A DNA stretch of 63,928 nt, the filler included, from Reticulomyxa filosa (Eukaryota; Protista; Foraminifera): assembly GCA_000512085.1 (NCBI GenBank). It is 19 parts of 19 records of this genome, joined end to end, with 100 filler letters (N's around TTAATTAATTAA, not from the genome) between each part and the next. Parts side by side here need not be neighbours in the genome. Positions count along the whole stretch, not along the records: positions 55,497 to 58,666 come from ASPP01007067.1; positions 58,767 to 63,928 come from ASPP01021445.1; 17 more parts are not named here. One strand, written 5' to 3'. Numbering within the stretch: position 1 is the stretch's first letter; each line of letters opens with the position of its first letter. A model generated the notes under the pieces. It made no database searches. It was given only the letters and a program-made list of their open reading frames with translations, and was not told where the DNA came from. Below, in pieces: positions 55,787 through 63,928 of this stretch. A program made the translations under genes and the position numbers.

Positions 55787-56756
55787 GATATAAGGATAGT
55801 GTTATCCGACAATTGGCTTTTTTACAAATCTTTTTCAAAGATGATGTTCAATTAACTTACTAATTTTTAAAAAACAGGTCCTAAAGACTCGTCCGACATG
55901 GGAAAAAAATATAATTCACATTGCAGAGATGCCACTTATTTGGTATTATATCAAAAAATTCAATTTTTAAAAGATTTTCAGTAGCATATTGAATTTGTCA
56001 TGTGTTGTGATTACCAATAAACTATTAAAATTGTAATTAGGAAGGCAATTGACAATTCAAACAAAATCGGAGAATCCTTTCAGTGATTTTTTTTGAAATA
56101 CTCTCAGTTTATCATCAACTTTGAAAGTTCAAAGAAGTTATTAAAATTGGATTTTTGAGCACAAAAGTAAACCAATTAAACAAAGTAATATAAACAACAC
56201 TACTAAGAGTTACAATTATAAACAAAAATTAAACGTGCTTGAAATAATTGAAGAAAAACAATTGTGTAGAATATCATTCAATGTAAAATATACCTAAAAA
56301 TATTTAGTGTTAACTGTGATTAGATTAAGTGGCGTTGTACTAAAGCAGAATCAGACACAAGTTCTTTGGTTCTTGTCATTGCATTGATATGTTTCCTTGA
56401 GCTTCAGGTTCAAAAATGATTATCAGTCCTTGAAAATAACGAAATAGATCGGCCAATGACAGACCAAAAAAAATGGAACTAAATTTTTCGTTCGGGCAAC
56501 TTTGTTGCTAACATTTCCACAAAATAATGTTTTTGATTATTGATTTGCTATGATTTATGATTATTAGTTTCATTATTTTTGTTTTTTCGTCGCTTGCTTC
56601 TAAGAGGCTAATGTTTATGATATTGCATTAAAATTTATTTTCTGAGAAGGTGCATTAAATTTTGAAAAAAAAAGTATTGCTTTTGTAGACGACCTTTGTG
56701 GCATTATCAACGTAAACTTTAGAGTTCTTTTTTCATAATTATTAAATTTTTTGTAC

Positions 56757-58485
56757 ATGAGAGTTCGGGCAGCGATAAAACCCGGAAAAGATGTGGGGAA
56801 AAGCAAGGTTGAGGTCTTGTCCGATGGTCTCTCAGACGATTCAAAATCGTTTCGTTGCAGTGTAAGAACAATTCGAAACGTAGCGCTACTATTTTTGGTG
56901 TTAACAATCCAGTTGGCATTTATTTACCACGTGAATCTATTAGTGATGTACAACGCCACCAAGGAGGACACGAATACATTGCATATCAAAGCATTAGACA
57001 AAGACGAGACGACACGGTTGCAACACGTACCGCAAGGCCCACCCGCAAATACAAATAATAACAATCAAACGTGTAACGAGTGTATAGATCAGTACATGAA
57101 AAAGGAAAACCATTTATTGAATCGCAGATTCGAAACATTTGCAGAAAAATATCCTCACTTGTTTCACCCGTACCCCAATCTGCCTGCGCCAAACCGACAA
57201 GAAGAGCTGTGGTTGCAAACACCTGAAAGCAGTACGAATTGCAAGCATAAAGGAAGAGTGTTTAACCTTGGTACGCGAAGCACACCCATTGCATATATTG
57301 AATATGTGGTATATACGTATACGTATTTTTTAGCCGTGAAAAATATGTGAATGAATGTATACAAGGACTTTAGGTATGTACAAGACAGGGACAAAGTCTG
57401 TGATGACGGCGTTGAATGAATTGGGCTACAAATGTGCCGGTCCATGGATAAACACATGCAAATTTCATAAAATGCATTCACACTTTGAGAATGCGGACAT
57501 ACACGAGCAGATGTATTTGACATCGAGTGACGACATATTAATTCATAAGCTCGTCGAAATTGATTACTTGTTTGATTACTTTCGAATCATGACTGCGTTT
57601 GGACGCCAATTTGGTATTGATTTTTTTTTTTAAAAAAAAAAAATCTCTCAAATCCTTGTTCTTACATTATCATTGATATTTGCCATTTGCCTTTTTTGAT
57701 GTTTTTTTTTTTTTTTCATACAAGGTGACGGGCCATGGCTTTTCTTATATCCTTACTTTGACACGTGGTATCCCAACGACCCGCCCAGTTTTGACAAAAT
57801 GCAATGGCACTTTGGCAGTAATTTTCATCGCAAATTTGATCCTTATCATGTCTGGAAGAAGAAGGGCAACAACAATGACAGTGCATCGATAGAACTGGCA
57901 AAATCGAGGCCATTCAACGTTGGGAAAAATGACAAGTTTGACATATTAAATTATGTCAACAGACAATCATCCTATGTACACGCAAATTCAAAATATATTT
58001 TGACCATTCGTCAAAGCACTTGGGACCTTGTCAACAGCGATTTGAAAATGTACTGTCGAGTGCTACACTTATACGATGTCGTGAATAGCAAACACTTTCA
58101 ATGCAATCAAAGTCAGCAGTACACTCAACAGCAAGTGGACACTTTGTTTGACAATTATCGCACAAGGTTTGGCACTTCGTTCAAAGACTACATGATGTTA
58201 ATTGCGAGGAGGTACGAACTTCACAACCAAAATGTGGTTCAGTATTTCCAAAGCAGAAAACAAATACACAACTTGCTGGTCATCAATTTGTTTGACAAAA
58301 GTATCGACCATTGGAGCGTGCTTAAAAATTTTTTGGGCTGTGATTTTTCACTTCCAAATCAAAAAGAATTTCCTCGCTCCAACGTTGGTGAAAAAGTTGT
58401 CTCTGAATTTATTCCTAGAGATTACCCTCTTAATTGGAAAAATTATCAATACAAAATGTGGCAGCCCCAATTTACTCGTTATTGA
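56757..58485 (+). CDS. Type II membrane sulfotransferase-family (P-loop-like, Sulfotransfer_4-type) protein, 3 exons
   Basis: N-terminal TM; RVFNL|GMYKTGTKSVMTALNELGY; F|GDGPW; KYILTIR; YELHNQNVVQYF..LLVINL..W..LKNFLG...FPRSN. Confidence 0.88.
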
Positions 58486-58766
58486 CTTGAATTTTCCTTC
58501 TTTTTCCAATCTGCTCATTATTTTTTGTCAAATTTCAACTCTTCATACATTGTTTATTCTACATTTATTGTCAATCAACTTGTTCTCATTGCACATCAGT
58601 CTAACTTTCATTTTAAAAAAACACAGCCTAAAATTTGAATACTTCAAATTTAAAGGAATCACTTGCNNNNNNNNNNNNNNNNNNNNNNNNNNNNNNNNNN
58701 NNNNNNNNNNTTAATTAATTAANNNNNNNNNNNNNNNNNNNNNNNNNNNNNNNNNNNNNNNNNNNN

Positions 58767-58963
58767 AAAAGAAAAATCAAGGATAAAATATTGAAATAAT
58801 TAGGAAAGATGTAATAAAAAACCAAAATGATATTTAAAAAGTACATGATTTGTAGATATTTAAAAAAAAAATTAGGTCTGAATGTTGTTTTTTCATGAAG
58901 AAAATCAATCATCTCTATAAGGTGCCGTTTTAGATGTCAACTTTACTTTGCATTCTACTGTAA
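58767..58963 (-). repeat. Dispersed AT-rich element, representative copy
   Basis: Aligns over ~200 bp with 63720-63920 and partly with 62800-62920. The reverse complement matches 20385-20500, 29076-29120 and 29215-29312. Confidence 0.8.
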
Positions 58964-59349
58964 TAAACTTTTTTCTGAGATTTGGGTCGTGTTAATTGAT
59001 AGTGTTTAAGTTAATAACAAGTCGAGTTTTTGATTGATCAACCATTCTTCGTGGTTGATTAACATACGCGCTCTCACCTTGCTGTTTTTGTTATTGTTGT
59101 TGTTAAGCAGTTAGAACAAAAATACAGACTAACATCAGGCTCAAGCAAGAATGCAAATTCTTGATTGCTCGTAATGAAGTTAATACCTTCTTCTACCATC
59201 TTGGGGAGTGCTCTTTGTGGTATTTAAAAAAAAATATTAAAGAAAGGAGATTTTTTTAAAAAAAAAAGAAAAACTTTTCCACATACCCTCCTACTTTTTT
59301 TCTATGTCCACTCTATCACTCTTTTCACTACTTCTTTCCAAGTTCTTTT

Positions 59350-61920
59350 GCATTCAATTTCCAAACCAATGGGAAAGTATAAAGAGTGAATCATTAATTT
59401 TTTTTTTTGACTGAAAAGATAGAGTTGGTATCTCAATGAACTCTTTTTCAAGAAAAAACCTTCTTAATATAAGTATGCTTTCTTTTTTGCAACGCATACA
59501 TAAATTAATCTAATTACCATACATCAACCTAATATTTATTATTTCAAACACACAACGTTCAACGAATAAAGTCTCCTTTTTTTTGCACAACAAATTTCAA
59601 ACTTGTTTCGCAATATATCATCGTCATAATTTTTTTAAAAAACAACAATAATGGCACAAGCAGTAATTAGAGTTTTGTAGTACTTTCTGTTTGTATTTTT
59701 ACTGAACACACAACACAAAAATCACAAAAATATACAAAATTATGAGAACTACTTAAAGAAACATTATAAAGAAATGATATATTTAGAGAAAAAATTAATA
59801 ATATAGCGTATAAATGAATGCAGCTAGCTCTGCAAATGAAACTCTAAGTGCTTGAATAGCACAAAAATATGTAAATATAATATTTGTAGATGAAAAAAAT
59901 AGTTACAGTCTGATGACTGTAAGAATTATGAAATTGAAGGTAATTATTTGATTTTTTTGACTGCGATATTAGTCTATCTTTGGAAAAATATGGTGAATAT
60001 TGAAAAAGAAGAAAAAGATGTTGATGTTTTAAAAGCATTTCAAGTTATTTTGGATGTTTTATTGCGTCGAAAGAATTATCTTGCAAAAGCGTTGTGCAAT
60101 CAAGTAACAAGCAAAAAGATCATTTTTCTGCATTTCCAGACTTGGTTTTGTCATTGAATGACAAAACTTGACTGAAAGCAGAATTAATGACTACTTTTAT
60201 TGCTATTGATTGTAAAGCAACAGTAAGTTGTTAATTTTTAATAATAAAAAGTAAGATCTTTGTAAAATATGGAAAAGCGTATTGAATGTTCGAGATTGTG
60301 CGTATTCTAAAGTAAGCAAGCAATCTTGAGCCAAATAAAAAATTGCTTATAGAAAAAGTAGATAAAAAAGAATATGAAGTGGGATGTTAAGAAGATGAAG
60401 AAAAAAAAAAATTGTCAATGAAAATTCAAAAATATTTATTTTGAAAAAATATTATTTTGTGTGTTATTTTTTTTTATCTATGTTTTTATACAAACATGAA
60501 AATTTGTTCATCTTCAGGAGCCTTTTCAAATGAAAAATCAAGACGAAATTTTGGACAAGTGTTAAACCAAAAATCAGTCTCAATTTTGTACTATTCACAA
60601 ATTTTTTGCAAATAGTTCAATGTAATTTCTATAACATCAAGTCTATTTTCATAACATGAAATCACATCATAAAAATAAAAGTACTTGCACGACGTTTCGC
60701 AAGCAAAGATTTACTCACATACTGACAGTAATATTCCAACTTGTCTTGAACTCTTTTCCATTCCAACAAATACGACTTAATGACATGTCTCAATCACCAT
60801 ATAAAAAGATTTTAGATACAAAAAATTCATTCAGACAAAATCAAAAGTTCATTTAAAACAAAACAAAAAAAGGGAAATGTTGAAGTCCTTTCATTAATAT
60901 CAGCTCGTCCAATATTGTCTTTATATTCAAATGCATTTGTTGATTTATATACATATATTTATATTTGTGAAAGATTGCACTGACTCTTTATGATTCGAGA
61001 TATTATTGAAACTTTTGTTCAAATTATATATTGTATATTTGTTGTGGTTTTTTTTTTGAGAATGTTAAATTATTCAACTGTTGGAACCATTTTTGAAATT
61101 TTTTTACTTATACAATTGTCTATTGCAATATTTTTTCTTTTTTTCTCCTAATTTCTGTCCAATAAGATACAAAGTACAAGATTCATCAAAATGAATATTG
61201 CACACTAAAGCCCCATTCTAAGCCAATCTTGTATTTGATTAGTCGTTTCATGTTGTTATTTTTCCAAGTAATTTATTTTTTTAAACAAAATGTAATAATG
61301 TTTTTATATCTTTTAAAAATGATGCACATCCAAATAATTTTTAATACTTCTTCCCGTACTAATAAATATTTCAATTATCTTTCCAATATACTATATTATT
61401 TTTAAGATTATAATTATATATTATATTATACTGATAAGATTTATTTAGACTATTTAAATTTGATTTTTTAATTCTCAATTATTTTTCGCAGTTGATTGAA
61501 ATCCAACAAAAAAACCCAACAATTTTCGCAATACAATTGTCATTACCATCTACAACTTTCTGCAATGTTTCAGAGGTACATTGAGGGGAGGTGTTCCTAT
61601 GTACTAATATCAAATATTTCATGTTCAATTTTCAACAATGGGAAAGTGTAAAGTGTTGATCATTAATTTTTTTTTATGAAAAGACAGAGTATGGTATTTC
61701 AATAATCTTTTTTTCAAGAAAAAAAAAAAAAATTTTTATTGTATAATTATCTATATTCCGTTAAGATATAATAACATATGCTGATCATGTCAATTACAAT
61801 TTCTTATATCAAAACACATTTATAATATAAATATACTTTTCTTTTTTGCAAATGCATAACTGAATTAAACTAATTACATACATCAACAAATATTCATTAT
61901 TTCACATTTCACAAACGATA
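59350..61920. repeat. Local diverged duplication: 59350-59560 versus 61620-61920
   Basis: Shared blocks caatgggaaagt, tcattaattttt, tgaaaaga.agagt.ggtat.tcaat, ttttcaagaaaaa, ctaattac..acatcaac. The second copy has an internal insertion. Confidence 0.8.
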
Positions 61921-63719
61921 TAAATATATAAAATAAGCACATGACGAAATATAAATATCCAAATTTGAAGATTTACTAAAGAATTTATTTTCTAGAGATG
62001 TAAATGATGTTGTATCAAGATTTGACAGTAAATTTTATTAATGGCAAGAGTGGAGTCAACATGATGATTGCAGAACATTGACACTATGTGGATACTTAAT
62101 AACGTGATTTATGGTAAGGCGGAGCCCAAAAAATCCGTTTATCGTGGTAGACTACAAAGTCCCATGAAATGTGTACATTTTTAATAATATGGAAACAACG
62201 TGGAAAAAAGATTGAAAAAAGTAAATAAAAGATTTTTTTGTTACATATTTTTATAAGATAATGTAGAGGACGAAAAATCGGTGATACAGTAGCTACTTTG
62301 ACGAGTATATCTCATGTACATGCGCCAGAGTTGGAATATTAATGGTATACCCTAGATACGTGTGGTTTGGAGTTGGGGAAATGTAGAAAAATGAGAATTT
62401 TAACATAAATGTTTACACTATATTGAAATCGGGATCATTTGAAAATGCAATGGTGGACTTTTGCGTATTGCAAAGTACGCAAGTACATTAAGTAAATGAA
62501 GAAGAATTGAAAAAAGAAAATGAAAAAAAAAATGCCAAAAAAGATGATATATAAAAGGATAAGTGAATAAATGATATTAAATGAAAAAGATGATGTAAAT
62601 TAGAATAGTAAGTAAAAAAAGAACATAAAACAAAGAGAATAATATCACGTCGGTGAATGAAACAGAATAATGTCACAAAAAATAAATAATTAAGATATAA
62701 AACAAAAACCAACAAAATATAAATAATAAATAATCTAAAAAATATATAAACACCAAAACAAGGAAAATATTGATAAAAAAATAATTAAAGAAAATTAGCA
62801 AATTTTTTTCGAAAAACTAAAATAAAATAATATTCAAAAACTACACGATTCGCAGATAATTAATCATCTTCATAAAGTGTCATTTTAGGTTCGACTTTCT
62901 TTTTATTCTACTGTATTTAATTTTTTAAAAATTTGAAGTATGTACTAAATTTTGGTTTAAATACAGAATCGATTAATGTAGAGTTTGTTGATGAAAAAAA
63001 TGGACAAATTTAGGATATTGTAGAAACATGAAAATTGCTATTAAAGATTTGCAGAAATTAACAGCAGTTTTGAGCGTACTATGGGGATTTTTAGCAAATG
63101 ATTGAAAAAAAACAAAAAATATAGAAGTTAGGATAGCAGCATAATATATTCTAGAGGTAATGAGTAAAGAAAGTACTCAAGTTGCAGCGAACTGCAGTAT
63201 ATTAGGATGTACGTGGTGAGTCTGCAATATATGTAGACATTTTTTGAGGTCTGATACCAATGCAAATGGATCTGATCCGGTAAATACCTTCCTTATTGCC
63301 GACTACAAAGTTCCAGGAAAACTATAATCTTTTGGACAAATCAGTAATGTTTTGCAAAATAAAAAAAAATGATCAGTTAATAACATATTCTATGCATATT
63401 TTTTAAGTAAACTTTATAATCAAACACTTTCAAAAATAATGATCGACAAAGCATTAATTTGCAAAATGATACTAAGCGCCAACATACTGTCTGATGATCA
63501 AAAATACAATATTCAACATAACATCTAAACAAAAATGCAATGTCTTGAAAAGTAAGCATTAAATCGATCTCAACGCGATAAAAAATATAAAAAAAGAAAA
63601 TAAAAAAAAATTATACAAACAAAAAATATATTCAAAACATTAATCAAAACTTCAAAATACAAAAAAAAAATTGCTATTCACTTTGAAAAGATCATACTCA
63701 GGCACCACAAAAATTTTTT

Positions 63720-63920
63720 AAAGTAAATAAAAGATTAAAATTTTTGAAAAAATTGTAAAGACTTAATAAAAAACCAAAATGATATTTAAAAACTGCATTA
63801 TTTGTAGATTTTTTTTAAAAAAAAAATTTTGATTAAATGTTGTTTTTTCATGGAGGAACACAATAATCTATATAAGGTTGCATTTTTTGTGTCAACTTTC
63901 TTTTTTATACTACTGTATAT
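63720..63920 (-). repeat. Dispersed AT-rich element, second long copy
   Basis: Shares aaaccaaaatgatatttaaaaa...tttgtagat...aatgttgttttttcatg...gtcaacttt...ctactgta with 58767-58963. Confidence 0.8.
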
Positions 63921-63928
63921 TAATGTAG

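Overview
This is not one locus. It is 19 short contigs joined by 18 identical 100-bp artificial linkers (N44-TTAATTAATTAA-N44, a six-frame stop), so gene order across linkers carries no meaning. Most contigs are AT-rich, intron-containing eukaryotic DNA. The expanded gene families (WD40, kelch, NACHT, RING/TRAF-coiled-coil, the 'W.R...GWI.DF.KI..Y' exon) and the homopolymer/microsatellite style point to a rhizarian protist, most likely the foraminiferan Reticulomyxa filosa (inference). Recognisable genes are V-ATPase B, PABP, ICMT, a P4-ATPase, a NUDT19-like Nudix hydrolase, a GPx7-like peroxidase, an OFA-family MFS transporter, a sulfotransferase-like protein, a VTT/DedA protein, two EF-hand proteins, a C2H2 zinc-finger protein and a PT-repeat mucin-like membrane protein. 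There is also a scrambled LINE remnant and a TOR pseudogene fragment. One contig (35951-37781) is alphaproteobacterial, Rickettsiales-like, with a CckA-type receiver domain, popZ and a secreted protein. The most interesting signals are: that bacterial contig; a reused 99-nt symmetric exon encoding a putative adaptor box; introns with GTT donors and A-rich acceptors lacking a polypyrimidine tract; an unannotated dispersed element of up to ~200 bp in six copies; and an ER-type 1-Cys GPx ending in REDL. All family calls come from reading motifs by eye; no searches were run, and I cannot claim a demonstrably new system.
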